Source: Octopus sinensis
Taxonomy: Eukaryota
Length of the DNA: 64,000 bases
Direction of reading: 5' to 3'
Assembly (NCBI RefSeq): GCF_006345805.1
Contig: NC_043015.1
Span: forward strand, 20,646,001 to 20,710,000
This document shows, one piece after another, positions 37,334 to 51,469 of this stretch. The stretch's first letter is position 1, and each line of letters begins with the position of its first letter. The position numbers were made by a program, and so were the translations under genes. The notes under the pieces were generated by a model. The model had not been told where the DNA came from and ran no database searches. It saw only the letters and a program-made list of their open reading frames with translations.

Positions 37334-38469
37334 AAACCTTCTTTGCATGTGTATCTGTATGCATTGTTTTACACTTTACACATAATTATATCAGTACATA
37401 TTTTTCGAGTATTTATATTTTTAATACTTTAGATTTTATTATTTTTGTTTAAATATGTCTATGTATCACCATTATCTCAATATCCCGCTTCTGAATAATG
37501 GCTTAAAATTAACAGATAGTATGTATATCTTTCCAGATATTCCATATGTAAGTGCCTTGAGCAGTCTTTATAGAAACCACCTAATAATTAATTAATTAAG
37601 TACAAGAATGGCTGTTAAACTGATTCTACATAATCTTCCTTTTTAATGTCTATAATTGATACATACACACCTTTTAGCTATTTTGGTTATGATATCATTT
37701 TGGAATTCTTAAATCTTATTTTATATAACATAACAATATTGGTTATAAACGTTCCCCCATCGTGCTCCTAATAAAGTTCCCCTGTATTAGCATCTTAAGT
37801 TTCTTAGTATCTTGTCCCTTTAACTGGTAATTAACATGCTGATTTAAAGTCTACCCCTACCCTCCCTCTTTTTTATAAACAGTTACTTCTATCAAATTGA
37901 CTCTTCCTAATGTAATATTTCCTTTCTCTTGGGGAAAAGGGATACTTATGGTAATATTTATGACCATACCTAGCCAACAGCTGTCAACTCACTCTTGTTC
38001 TTTATTCAAAATAGACACAGTCTTCTAGTCTCAGAGTTGATAGTCTCAGAGTTGAAACGGTCGTACTGCATCACTCGTTGATATCCTGTTGCTCATTTTG
38101 ATTATATATATATATATATAATTTGTACATCCGAGTTAACTTGGATGTGTAGATTGAAACGCCGCAAACTGCAGTGATCGCCTTGGTAAATCATGTGACA
38201 CAAAACTTCCATTCACCAGTGCTGATATATATACCACTGCTGTATTTTTATCACTCAAAGTTAATACAAGATTTTTTCTCAAGACTATAACTGCAGTTTA
38301 TGGCTTTTATTTAATGTGAAAATTAATACACATTCACACACATATATGTACATACACATATATGTATACACATATATGCATAGACATATATACGTATATA
38401 TACATACAAGATAAAAGGATGACGAGAGTCAAAGTTACGTCCCGGATTTGGAAGTTCGAAGGGACATGT

Positions 38470-38800
38470 CGATTATATGGAACTCAGTGTGCAACTGGTA
38501 CTTAATTCACCGAGCCCGAAATAATGAAAAGTAAAGTCTACATTTGCGGAATTTAAACTAAGAAAGTAAACAGCCGGAAGAAATGTCATTAAGCACCTTG
38601 ATCGGCGTGCTTCCCATTCTGCCTGCTCGTTGTCTTCGATAATAATGATAATGATTTCAAATTTTGGCACAAAGCCAGCAACTATATCGACCCCGGGGTT
38701 CAAATGATACTTATTTCGTTGTACCCGAGAAGATAAAAGGTAAAGTTAGCCTCGGCAGAGTTTGAACTCAGAACGTAAAGACGGTTGAAATTCTGCTGCT
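38470..38800 (-). mobile_element. Two SINE family A relics
   Basis: ACTGGTACTTAATT...GCGGAATTTAAACT and GCAGAGTTTGAACTCAGAACGTAAAG. Confidence 0.75.
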
Positions 38801-38843
38801 ACTACTACTACTACTACTACTACTATACTACTACTACTACTAC

Positions 38844-38875
<32 letters not shown>

Positions 38876-39445
38876 GCAACAACAGAGACTTCAATTATGT
38901 ATTAGTTTTCTTAAATAAATGCGTAATTCTATTGTTTATTCATAAACGAGAGAGATGATTATTTTATGTTATAGATCAATCGATCTTCTATGTCACAGAT
39001 TGATTTCCTTCTCATGTTTTCCATGATTTTCCATGTTTTCCCAAGCACCATCGCTATCAGCACAGACAGGCTTTGCGCTATGTTAATTTCTTACCGCTCA
39101 TTTGAAAAGCAGCCACAACAACGTTATAAACAGTCACAACTCAAAGCAGATCAAATGCTTCTAAGAACAACAGTGATAACAACTAAGGGAAATGGCTGCT
39201 ATCAACCAAACAACAAATTTACGCACTTACACACACACACGCAAACACGCACACACACGCACAAACACACACACACATATACACGCACGCACGTACGCTT
39301 ATAATGCATATATTTGTTCTCGCACATAAACAGTCTTGGAAGAGATTAGAATATCGTTATTCAGTTTTATATCAGGCTTCAATTAAACACTCGACAGACG
39401 CTTGATAACAGGTACCCACTACTAAGAGTCCAGTGCAAACCACTC

Positions 39446-39519
<74 letters not shown>

Positions 39520-40514
39520 TGTATGTATGTATGTATGTATGAATGTGTGTGTGTATCTATATATACATACATATATATGTGTGTGTGTGTGTGTGTATAT
39601 ATATACATATATATATAAATATATAATATAATATATATATATATATACATAATATTCTATAATTATATACATCAGGGGTCAGCTAATTGCTTCGCCGCGT
39701 ACCGAATTAGAAATAGACGCTGCCTTTTCAACGACCATAGATATTTCCGAGACAGTAACACACTTTTTATGTAGGCAAAAAGAAAAAACGACGATTCCAC
39801 ACGAATTCGATTAACCACAGACGCGTTTCGAAATTAAACTAAATTATATTTACCTATTCTTTTCAGTTTAATAAATTTGCGAGTGTTAAGATTAAATATG
39901 TATGCAATCAAGCGTCATTGCATAAGTGATATTCCACCGCACTCCCCAAAATATACACCCGAATGTGGATACATATTTATCCTTTATACTCACGTGTGTG
40001 TTACAAACAATCCCGCAGAAAACTGCTGTTTTGATCAAGGAGTAAATTATAATTTTAATTAATCAATTTCACCCTGTATTATATATATATATATATATCA
40101 TTCTTATTCTTTTGTTTAGGCACTGCGATAGAAATAACCTGGTGCCAGACCTCATATTCATATGCCAAGGGTGTCCGTCGAGTACAGATCAGTAACAAAA
40201 AATTAAAATGACAAAAAGAAAAAGAAATTATGTCAGGAACTTCATTATCTTACAGTCTTTTTCTGCTACAAAATTCAATGCCCTAATAGTTGAATGCTTA
40301 GGGTGATACACAAACATCCAACTATGAACGCAGAGCATCTTAAATAGCAGAAACAACTATAAGTCAGTGAGGTTCACGGCATAATTTCTTATTCCTTTGT
40401 CATTTATTTAATTCCTGATGTATGTATGTTGGCCATGGTCCGCTATCGTCTCTGCGAAACAATAAATAAAATATAGACTACGACTACATCTGTCTATCAA
40501 TCAATCAATAAATC

Positions 40515-40517
40515 TAC

Positions 40518-40613
<96 letters not shown>

Positions 40614-40686
40614 ATGCATATGCTGGCACACATGCGAAAATAATTATATGCACACACTCACATGTATGTATGATGTGTGTCTCGTT

Positions 40687-40729
<43 letters not shown>

Positions 40730-40760
40730 TGTGTGAGCGTGCGTGCATGTGTGTGCGCTT
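40515..40760. repeat. (TCTA)n(TCTG)n and (GT)n microsatellites
   Basis: Directly visible. Confidence 0.95.
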
Positions 40761-41027
40761 GCATCATTATTAATTTCATAAACTTATGTGTTTTCGTTTT
40801 CTCCTGAGGTTATGAATTATTCGAAAATAGAGAGCGGTGGTGTAAGTGGTGATGCTCGCTTTAGACAAAACTACCATCAGAAAATATAAGCAAAAACTTA
40901 GAATTAAACGTGGAACAAACATATAGACATAACGGGAAAAAAACTCCACCAGAAATATCTAATAAGTTCTTTTTTTAATTCAATACCATTAAGCTAATTA
41001 ATAAAATGTTAACATGGTAACACATGG

Positions 41028-41056
41028 TGATGACGACGACGACGACGACGACGACA

Positions 41057-41103
<47 letters not shown>

Positions 41104-41240
41104 GATGATGATGCTGGTGGTGGTGATGATAATGATGGTGGTGATGATGGCGTTGGTGGTAATGATGATGATGATGATGATAATGATTACTATGATATTA
41201 ATGATGGCTGTAGTGGTGTTGGTGCTGATGCTGATGATGA
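41028..41240. repeat. (GAC)n/(GAT)n tract
   Basis: Directly visible; poly-D pseudo-ORF. Confidence 0.9.
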
Positions 41241-41365
41241 TATTCTCGATAACGATTGTCTAGAACAAAGCAACTAAATGCAAGAATTTCTATGAAGAAA
41301 ACTAACAAGAATATTCTGAGTGCTGCCATCGCTAACAACACCATCTCAAAGGCTACACCCGATAT

Positions 41366-41601
41366 ATTCTTTTATTCTTTTATTTGTTTCAGTCATTTGA
41401 CTTCGCCCATGCTAGAGCACCGCCTTTAGTTGAGCAAATCGACCCCAGGATTTATTCTTTGTATGTCTAGTACTTATTCTATCGGTCTCTCTTGCCGAAC
41501 CGCTAAGTTACGAGGACGTAAACACACTAGCATCGGTTGTCAAGCGATGTTGGGCGGACAAACATAGACACACAAACATATACATACATACATACATACA
41601 T

Positions 41602-41665
<64 letters not shown>

Positions 41666-41815
41666 GAAGGGTTTCTTTCAGTTTCCGTCTACCAATTTAA
41701 CTCACAAGAATTTGGTCGACCCGAGGCTATAGTAGAAGACAATCCCCCAAGTTGCCACGCAGTGTGGGTGAGCCCAGAATTATGTGGTTGGTAAGCAAGC
41801 TACTTACCACACCGC
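41366..41815 (-). mobile_element. SINE family B
   Basis: Collinear with 36498-36892; expanded internal (CATA)n(CA)n(TA)n. Confidence 0.9.
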
Positions 41816-41834
41816 TTTAGCGACAACAATATTA

Positions 41835-42050
41835 ATCCTTTCTACTGGATGCACAAGGCCTCAGATTTGTGACATGAGGAGCAGTCGGTTATATCGACTC
41901 CAGTGCGTAACTGGTACTTATTTAATCGACTCCGTAATGATGAAAGGCAAAGTCGACCTCGGCGGAATTTGAACTCAGAACGTAACGGTAGACGAAATAC
42001 CGCTAAGCATTTTGCCTGGCGTGCTAACGATTCTGCTAGCTCGCCGCCTT
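41835..42050 (-). mobile_element. SINE family A, full-length
   Basis: GAAAGGCAAAGTCGACCTCGGCGGAATTTGAACTCAGAACG...CTGCTAGCTCGCCGCCTT. Confidence 0.9.
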
Positions 42051-43053
42051 AGCTACAATAATAATAATAATAGCCACGACGACGACGACGACCACCACCA
42101 CCACCATCACCACCAACCAGTCTAGGATTAACAGTCAGAGCAATATCATTCTTTCCCAATTGGAAAACAAAAATGATGAGTCACTTTCACTAAAACCCTT
42201 GGAGAACAATAGTCAACAACTGGGATAACAATCAGAGTATCCCCTTCTAGAAGAAGCAAGAACAATAGAAGCAGCAGCAGCAGTAGTAACTACAACAGCA
42301 ACAATGGGTACGAGAATGAATGAATCGACGTACAACATGAAGAACGCTTCAAATATCTACAACTCTAAAAACATTTAGAATCTTGGTTTGTTTCATGTCT
42401 TCTTGACAATTTGGTTTCCATAAAAAAATTTTAGGAGAAAATTACGAAATTATGGAATTATAACATTGTAAACATGTTACGTTGTTTCATTATTTAAGTT
42501 AATGTTATACAGCTGACTTCGTAATTTCATATTTTATCTTACTACTGAAACAATCTTACGCATTTCCTTCATAAAATACTCATACAAACACACACGCACA
42601 CACACAAATTCATATGCACTCGTAAGTGCTTATATACATGTATGACACTATATATATGAGTGTGTGTGTGTGTGTTTTAGCAATATCAGCGTCATGCAGT
42701 GTTCAGGCATAAGCGAATTTTAGGTTAGTTAAAATTTGTTCGACGCATTTGCCTTTCAGCTTCGAAAGGTAAATTCACTGTAGTTGCTGCGGAGAAAAAA
42801 AGTTCTGCCTTATCTACCCAGTGGTGTCGACTTTTGAACTCCAAGACGTAGTGTTTCTAGCTTTTTAGCCGTTATCGATAGGAAATACAAACGAGAGGTA
42901 ACTCTGGGTAGATTTAAAGCCGTTGCTTTAAGTAAAACACAATATCATTGCCTAATTTGTGCTAATGGGCCGTCCGATCGGGACAAATCCATCAGTACCA
43001 GAAGCTGAAATATGTGACAAGCATATTTTAACCAACCCAAGTTCCACACACAC

Positions 43054-43135
<82 letters not shown>

Positions 43136-43136
<1 letters not shown>

Positions 43137-43356
43137 GTGAGGATGCTGAAAAGTTCTTGGCTTTGGATAACATAAAATACAGTAGGATCAGTTGATTACG
43201 ATTTTATCCAACATGTTCCCCTCTCAGATTCACATACTTATTGCAACAGTCCTTCAGTCTTTCTAAGCTTTCTGTTTTTCTAAAAGAACTCGTAAGGTTA
43301 GGTCTCAAACCAGGCCCAATACCCTTAATGTCAGACTCTTTTCAGCACACCATCGT
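43136..43356. mobile_element. Mariner-derived MITE
   Basis: Imperfect TIRs GAGGATGCTGAAAAG / CTTTTCAGCACACCATC; minus strand encodes LERLKDCCNKYVNLRGEHVG*, like a mariner transposase C-terminus. Confidence 0.7.
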
Positions 43357-43425
43357 GTATGTATGTATGTATGTATGTATGTATGTATGTATGTATGTAT
43401 GTATGTATGTATGTATGTATGTATG

Positions 43426-43470
<45 letters not shown>

Positions 43471-43473
<3 letters not shown>

Positions 43474-44292
43474 AGAAGGTTTGGAGGTGATGTACAGGTA
43501 TTATATATTAGAAGAAATAAGGTACTCAGGAATCTTGATGGCTTTATATTTACAGATTTTTATTGATATGTCACATGTTTATATAAATCATATATTAACG
43601 CTTGCATCCACTCTAGTGGATTCTTCAGATTATATATATATATATAACAAAGTGGAGTTGTGGGGTATATATATATATATAGTCGACTGTGCCTTCCATC
43701 CGTTTCATGGTCGATAATATGAGTGCCAGCTGAGAACTAAGGTGGATAGAATCGATTAGCCTCCCAACCCAGAATTTCAAGCCTTGTGCTTATAGTAGAA
43801 AGAATTATTTTGTGGTGCTTGGAACGAAATAACACGAAATTTAGATCAGTGCAAAAGACCAAGTGGGTGTCCTAGAAGCAAAGTCGGTCTCAAGCGGTTT
43901 GCTTTGAATTGGCTGAACAATATAATTCTTGATAAGAGCAGACTAAAATAGAGTCGGTCGTTTAACTTTCGTCGACAGATACGCTGCAGGCAACATGACT
44001 CAATGTACCACTAAGGACATCATGACCGACAATAGGTGAATATATGCATTGATTTAGATGGGAAGAAATGGAATTGAAAATAAAATATTTATGAAAAGAC
44101 ACCGGTGATTATCATGAGCGTTCTCTGTTGCAGCTGATACAGGGAAATAAATTTTAATAGAAACTGTATCAGAGATAATATTAGTTCCTTGACATAATCT
44201 ATGTTACGGGATATCGAAGCTAACCACTACAAACGTAACTATATCTATGTGTGTGTGTGTGTGTGCGTGCGTGCGTGAGTGTGCGTGTGTGT

Positions 44293-44331
<39 letters not shown>

Positions 44332-44661
44332 TGTGTGTGTGTGCGTATGTAAGCTATTGCCAAGATATGAAACGGATGTGGTTCAAACTTTCGCATCATA
44401 ATGCTATTATGATTGCTGTAACCATTATTTTTCATGATTATCTTTTCAGCCGCGTACACGATTGCACACACGCACTGACTATACATAAACACATTTATAT
44501 ATATGTGTGTATCTATACGATTATATAAGTGAACATATTATGTGTGTCATACAATATGTACGGTATCTTTTAACATGGTAAAGATAAATGGAGAGAAAGA
44601 TTTATAAAAATCACTTATATAACACGAATATTCATGTATACCCGCACATATACACTCATTG

Positions 44662-44714
<53 letters not shown>

Positions 44715-45914
44715 TATATATATATGTTAGAAGGTTTGGAGGTGATGTACAGGTATTATATATTAGAAGAAATAAGGTACTCAGGAATCTTGATGGCTTT
44801 ATATTTACAGATTTTTATTGATATGTCACATGTTTATATAAATCATATATTAACGCTTGCATCCACTCTAGTGGATTCTTCAGATTATATATATATATAT
44901 AACAAAGTGGAGTTGTGGGGTATATATATATATATAGTCGACTGTGCCTTCCATCCGTTTCATGGTCGATAATATGAGTGCCAGCTGAGAACTAAGGTGG
45001 ATAGAATCGATTAGCCTCCCAACCCAGAATTTCAAGCCTTGTGCTTATAGTAGAAAGAATTATTTTGTGGTGCTTGGAACGAAATAACACGAAATTTAGA
45101 TCAGTGCAAAAGACCAAGTGGGTATCCTAGAAGCAAAGTCGGTCTCAAGCGGTTTGCTTTGAATTGGCTGAACAATATAATTCTTGATAAGAGCAGACTA
45201 AAATAGAGTCGGTCGTTTAACTTTCGTCGACAGATACGCTGCAGGCAACAGGACTCAATGTACCACTAAGGACATCATGACCGACAATAGGTGAATATAT
45301 GCATTGATTTAGATGGGAAGAAATGGAATTGAAAATAAAATATTTATGAAAAGACACCGGTGATTATCATGAGCGTTCTCTGTTGCAGCTGATGCAGGGA
45401 AATAAATTTTAATAGAAACTGTATCAGAGATAATATTAGTTCCTTGACATAATCTATGTTACGGGATATCGAAGCTAACCACTACAAACGTAACTATATC
45501 TATGTGTGTGTGTGTGTGTGCGTGCGTGCGTGAGTGTGCGTGTGTGTGTGTATGTGTGTGTGTGTGTGTGTGTATGTGTGTGTGTGTGTGTGCGTATGTA
45601 AGCTATTGCCAAGATATGAAACGGATGTGGTTCAAACTTTCGCATCATAATGCTATTATGATTGCTGTAACCATTATTTTTCATGATTATCTTTTCAGCC
45701 GCGTACACGATTGCACACACGCACTGACTATACATAAACACATTTATATATATGTGTGTATCTATACGATTATATAAGTGAACATATTATGTGTGTCATA
45801 CAATATGTACGGTATCTTTTAACATGGTAAAGATAAATGGAGAGAAAGATTTATAAAAATCACTTATATAACACGAATATTCATGTATACCCGCACATAT
45901 ACACTCATTGTGAA
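43471..45914 (+). repeat. 1.25-kb tandem duplication (43471-44665 and 44726-45914)
   Basis: Copies collinear at offset 1255; I saw 3 substitutions and a 6-nt (GT)n length difference; junctions lie in (TA)n. Confidence 0.95.
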
Positions 45915-45978
<64 letters not shown>

Positions 45979-46508
45979 GTAGTATATATACATATATAAA
46001 TGCAAGTGTATCCATATATACATACATTATATGTATATATTATATATATATATATTTATACAAATGCTACATCAATTTCAGACGTCATAGTTATTGATTG
46101 TATTTGATTTTTCTCGTCTGAAATATTTAAAAACTATTTTTGTATGTCTGTATTCTTATTGTATATATATATTTTTTAAAATTATACATACTCGCTCTTG
46201 TATACTATATTTATAAATTTATATATTCGTTTATTTGTATTTCTAACCTCTTTTTTACTTCTTATCGTAAGATTAGAGAGAAAATCTCCTCAGAACTCAA
46301 GTATTCGTAGATGCTTTTTTTCCCCAATAAAAATTTTTGATATTTACTTTTTTTCTATCGTTCATTTTTTATATTTTCTCATTATTATGTCTTAATCCGC
46401 CTCTTTTTCTCTGCATTTCGTCTAATCCACTTTTTAAACCAAAAGAAAAGCATTAATATTATTAGTTTCCTGCATTGGCACAAGGCCCACGCGTTTTTGG
46501 TAAAGGTA

Positions 46509-46576
<68 letters not shown>

Positions 46577-47399
46577 CATTTGTGTGTAACGACCTCAATT
46601 CCTTAATGGCTTTTATCATATCAGTTAATGAACCTCTAAATTCACCATGGGGGTCATGTCATAAATTAGCGTATTTGATGACACTTCTATTTTCGAAATA
46701 CAAAAAAAGGGGTCTCAAAATATTCCCCCAGACCCTATATCTGATGGAGGGTCTCTCATAAGCTTTAATTGCTCTGAAAACACCTTTTTTGTTACTGAAT
46801 ATTTTAACGGAGTCTGTATGTCCGTACAAAATTTTATTCTTAAAATGTATGTGCTGGTTATATTTCTATAACACTCAAAATATTTAAACATTTTTTACAT
46901 ACAATTCCTAATAATATGCCTCTGTCGCTAAACTTTTTTTTAACAAGCTAGCTGTCTAATCGCTAAAACACTGCCTGTTGTAACACTGATTTTCTATATG
47001 TCGCTAGCAGAGTGATGAGTCGTTGCTCTCTCTAGCGGTCGAGCGTCCATCACCGACGAGATCAAGGAAGATCGAAATCACGTTATCTTGTAGTCTTGGC
47101 GTTGTAGCTGGTGGGGAGTTATCTCTCCGCTGGTGATATAAACAAACAAGCGTGCATTTTGTGCCAAAAGCTTATGTGAGATTTTCTCTCTTGTTAAATA
47201 CCACAAAAAAGTGTGTTCTAGCAGAACATCCACGTTTAAGAGGGAATAAATGACATTTGATTACATAAATATAATAAGAGTTTGAGACATCGAATGGCTG
47301 TGGAGGATCAGTGAAGTGAAATAGAAGCAGAGGGGTCCTCGATAGGCAAAAAATGATCGAGAACCATTGGTTTAGAGAGAAGAAAATTACTATAATTGA

Positions 47400-47570
47400 G
47401 CAGGACTTGAATCAAAGTAATCTTCCAAACGTGACCATCCCGTCTTATTAGAATTACATTCAAACTCGTTATTCAACGTGACTTTTCCTTTCTTAAAACG
47501 GTTAAATTTGTTTCAGCATCTTTTAGCAGCTATTTCTAGGAGCTTGGGCGATCGGACTCGTGCCTTAATG
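47400..47570 (-). mobile_element. Repeat family E copy
   Basis: Minus strand CTAGAAATAGCTGCT...AAGACGGGATGGTCACG. Confidence 0.55.
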
Positions 47571-47763
47571 TCACAAGGTACTTTGATCGGCGCCCTAACG
47601 ATTGGGTTAATCTCACCCCTATATTTCCGCCACTTTACTTGCTTTAACCAATTCAATGACTATTTGTCTGAAGCTCCATCGATTCTACAATTCTCTGCAA
47701 TTTCGCGCGATCTACTATCGATGCTTCCAACTTAGAGAAAGATAAATAATCAACAGTAATAAC

Positions 47764-47797
<34 letters not shown>

Positions 47798-47851
47798 ACA
47801 ACAACAATAATAATAATAATAATAATAATAATGATAATAATAATAATAATG

Positions 47852-48390
47852 AATGCCCTGAAGCAGTACCAGAGAGTGGCTCTCATGGCATCTGATCTTA
47901 ATTGATTGAAAGTGTTATCATGTACATTGTTTTGTCCTCGTATAAGAGGTGGTCTGCAACAAATATTCTGCTCAATACCACAGATTTGCTTGTCAGTTGC
48001 TTGACCTTAATCGGTTGAGCAACTCCTTTGTGGTTGATAATATGTGCATCTTTGATCACGAGCAGGTGTAGAGGAAGACCATCATAGCCATCTGTCGAGA
48101 GGAATTCTTCGGGGGTTGAATAATTCACCTCTGGAAGCTGGTGCTTCGTTCATCTTCCTTAAGCAACCTTCTGAATGGATGGGCTACTAACCTGAAGAAA
48201 ATTCTAACCGGGCACCACCACCATGGTTATATGTTTTTAAACTGGATACAAAGTCATCATGTCGCGCACATATGGTTGCGATGCATGTGCCTGGTGTACC
48301 CTTACCAGACAAGTAGTCATGATGGGTATACTGGGCGTCGTATATTTGTACCCTGAGTGTCACTTTGATGGCGTGTACTGCTCTCTCAGT
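47852..48390 (+). mobile_element. Unclassified ~540-bp element flanked by (AAT)n (copy 2)
   Basis: Starts AATGCCCTGAAGCAGTACC, ends CTCTCTCAGT-(AAT)n; collinear with copy 1. Confidence 0.9.
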
Positions 48391-48442
48391 AATAATAATG
48401 ATGATGATGATGATGATAATAATAATAATAAAAATAATAATA

Positions 48443-48499
<57 letters not shown>

Positions 48500-48516
48500 T
48501 AATAATAATAATAATA

Positions 48517-48685
48517 ATCCTTTCTACTAAAGATACAATGCATGAAATTTTGGAGTGGGGACTAGCCGATTATATTGACCACACTGTTTCACTGGTACTT
48601 AATTTATTGATGCCGAAAGGATGAAAGGTAAGGTCGATCTCTGCGGAATTTGAACTCAGAACGTAGCGACAGATGAAATACCCGA
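48517..48685 (-). mobile_element. SINE family A, 5' end incomplete
   Basis: TCCTTTCTACTA...GCGGAATTTGAACTCAGAACGTAGCG. Confidence 0.85.
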
Positions 48686-49449
48686 CCTTAGGAGAAGATG
48701 CTTTCGCAATTTACAGGGGAATATGATCGACTATAGGCTAACGTAATTGAGAACTTCTTCACAATACAGCCATGCCTAGAATCACTTAATGGTTTAATGC
48801 TGCATAAATTATGTATAAAAATATAAAGGAACATATTCACATTGCATTGTGTTAGAAATACAATATACATATCTACTATCGATCTGATCCACGCTGTTCA
48901 ACGTGCAGGCGACCTTGTGTTAAACGATCGCAAGAATAGAGTAACTGTGAGAATGCAATTTCTATTACAGACCTTGAGAAATATATGATAAATGACGTGT
49001 GCGTGTGTAGCTAAAATGAAGTTAAACCACATATATACCCATACACACATAAGTAATATGCAGGCACACACAGGACATGGCACAAATACACACACGTAGA
49101 AACATCTGCGTTAGCCTGTGTGTGTGAATGTATGTTTATGTCTTTCCTTCTCCTAGTGTACATATTTCTATCTGTAGCCTGTAAAGAAGGGGTTAAAATC
49201 AGATTCGTGTTCCCATGAAGCGGATTGTCATTTGAATATTTGTCTGAGTAATTGTGTTGGAGATCCTATACATGTGTTGTGCATGTATGTACCTATTATA
49301 TCATTTTATGACGTCAATAATAATATTACGGAGATGTACTTGCATAGCAAGTGACCTGATTGCAGTGTGGAAGGTGTTTATAAGCCATTTAAAACCACAC
49401 AAAACCGTTAGATTCACTTCAACATTTAAATTAAATTTGTTATTATTAG

Positions 49450-49810
49450 TATATTGGTCTCAAATTTTGGCACAAGGCAAGCAATTCCGGGGGAGACCGT
49501 AAGTCGATTACATCGGCCTCCGTCCTCAAAGGGTATTTATTTCATCGAACTTTAAAGGATGAAGAGTAAATTTGACCCCAGAACGTAAAGCCGGACATAA
49601 TGCTGCTAAGCATTTTGTGCGGTGAAGTAACGATTCTGCCACCTCACAGCATTATTATTATTATTGGGCAAAATACTTAGCATCATTTCGTCCGTCTTTA
49701 CCTTCTGCTGAGGTTGACTTTGCCATTCATCATTTCAGTGACGATAAAATAAGTTCCATTTGAATTGTGGGGTCGAACTTGCTGGCCTTGTGCCAAAATT
49801 TGAAATCTTT
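49450..49810. mobile_element. Two divergent SINE family A relics (minus 49450-49650, plus 49670-49810)
   Basis: Family-A body in opposite orientations around an (ATT)n spacer. Confidence 0.65.
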
Positions 49811-50669
49811 ATTATTAACGGTTATATTCATAAGGTTTTGCCTATACGGTAATGAAACGCATGTAACTTGGGATTAGATAGAAATATCAAACGTTCCAGT
49901 TTTTATTTTAATCTATCTTTACAGATATAACGATCAGAGATCTAAATAGACGTGGCTGTGTGTGTAGACACAATGAGGTTATACGTACGCTTAGATACAT
50001 AACCACTAACTCCAATAAACCTATACATATGCACACACCAATATAGTATCTATATTTTCTACACACACACACATGCATATACATATATAAAATAGGCATA
50101 CCATTAAATCTATACACTTGGTTTACTTCCAAATTAAGTATCTGCTAATCCCGAGGGATATCTGTGACCCTAGGATTAACATCCACTTACTTACAACTAT
50201 AGAATTATGATACAAATTCGTTGTCATGGTTACTAAAGTATCAATAGTCTCATATATCAGATTTGATTCAATTCTCTGCAAGCATCTATATAGTACACAT
50301 CGCATCATACGCATCATCATACACACATATGTATGTCTGTGTGTGTGTTTCTTTGTGTGTTTGTATGTGCGTACGTGTGCGTGTATATGTGTGTGTGTTG
50401 TTAACTATACCGCTTTTGTCTTTCGTATTTTCTTATCTCGCTTTGTTTCTTTCCTTTTCACTGAATTGTAGTCTGTCTCGATTCTTCTAATACTAAAATC
50501 TATATGACACAACTTATTGTGTTAAAACTGTCAGTGTTATATCGAAGGAACGGAAGTCGAGATATCTTGTCCAAATTGTAAAGAAACGAGGAACTATAAT
50601 ACACCTAGTCTGTGTACAACAAATTTCTTAGGTTCTTCACTACAATCTCCCTCTTTCTCTCTCTCTCAC

Positions 50670-50717
<48 letters not shown>

Positions 50718-51429
50718 ATGTATGTATGTATGTATGTATGTATGTATGTATATATGTATGTATGTGTGTCTGCATATATATGCGCGCGCGTATGTATATA
50801 TATAGACACGCGCACACACATACACATATGTATCTAAATCTACGTATTTCTCGTCTCGAAATGGCTTTTCTCCTTCAAACTTCACTGAATTTCTTATATA
50901 TCGTTATATTTTCTGATTGTCGTTATTTCTATATATCTAAATGATTTTTCCAATTAAACTGGCACTTCACTTTAGAAGCTGCGAAGAAGCTAGAGGGCGA
51001 TGCCCAAAGACTCGGCTTTCAATGTACGACATTTTCCAGCAGAGACAGCTGCGTTATGTCCTGTTTCTTTGTCCCCTCATATTACGCCCTGTACTCAACT
51101 AGCTCTTTAGGCAGCAACCTGTATTTACTGATTTTGAACACCAGGTTCTTCGTTTCACTATGCATAACACACACACACACACACACGGTGGTGTGTTTGC
51201 AGAGTAATTAGAGATTATGACAGAATGGTTTCAATATTCATTGCATTTAACAAGCACAAGTACAAAAGTGATTCAAGGATTGAGAGTTTCGATCAAAGCC
51301 ATTATCAAATGAGCCATGCACGAAATTCCCGGCTCTTGAGTGACTTTTGTAATCCTACAGATTAAAATGAAAGAAAATATATACTTTTTTCTGCTAATTT
51401 GAAGTAACATCTCTCTGTTCTCTCACTCT

Positions 51430-51469
<40 letters not shown>

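Noticed and set aside
39675-40078. Possible Tc1/pogo-type MITE (CAGGGG... / ...CACCCTGTA)
   Set aside because: The terminal match is only about 5 nt; TIRs are not convincing.
46580-47330. Repeat-free block resembling a non-autonomous DNA transposon
   Set aside because: TTAA-type ends are in the wrong order, and I found no TIR pair or coding remnant.
47852-47920. U2 snRNA-like words on the minus strand of the 540-bp element (ATCAGTTAAGATCAGA; CTGGTACTGC)
   Set aside because: Short, gapped similarity recalled from memory, and antisense to the inferred element orientation; not distinguishable from chance without an Rfam search.
47852-48130. HDV-like ribozyme at the 5' end of the 540-bp element
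   Set aside because: A possible P1 pairing (GCCCTGA with a GGGG run) exists, but I could not build P3/L3, P1.1 or the J4/2 C.
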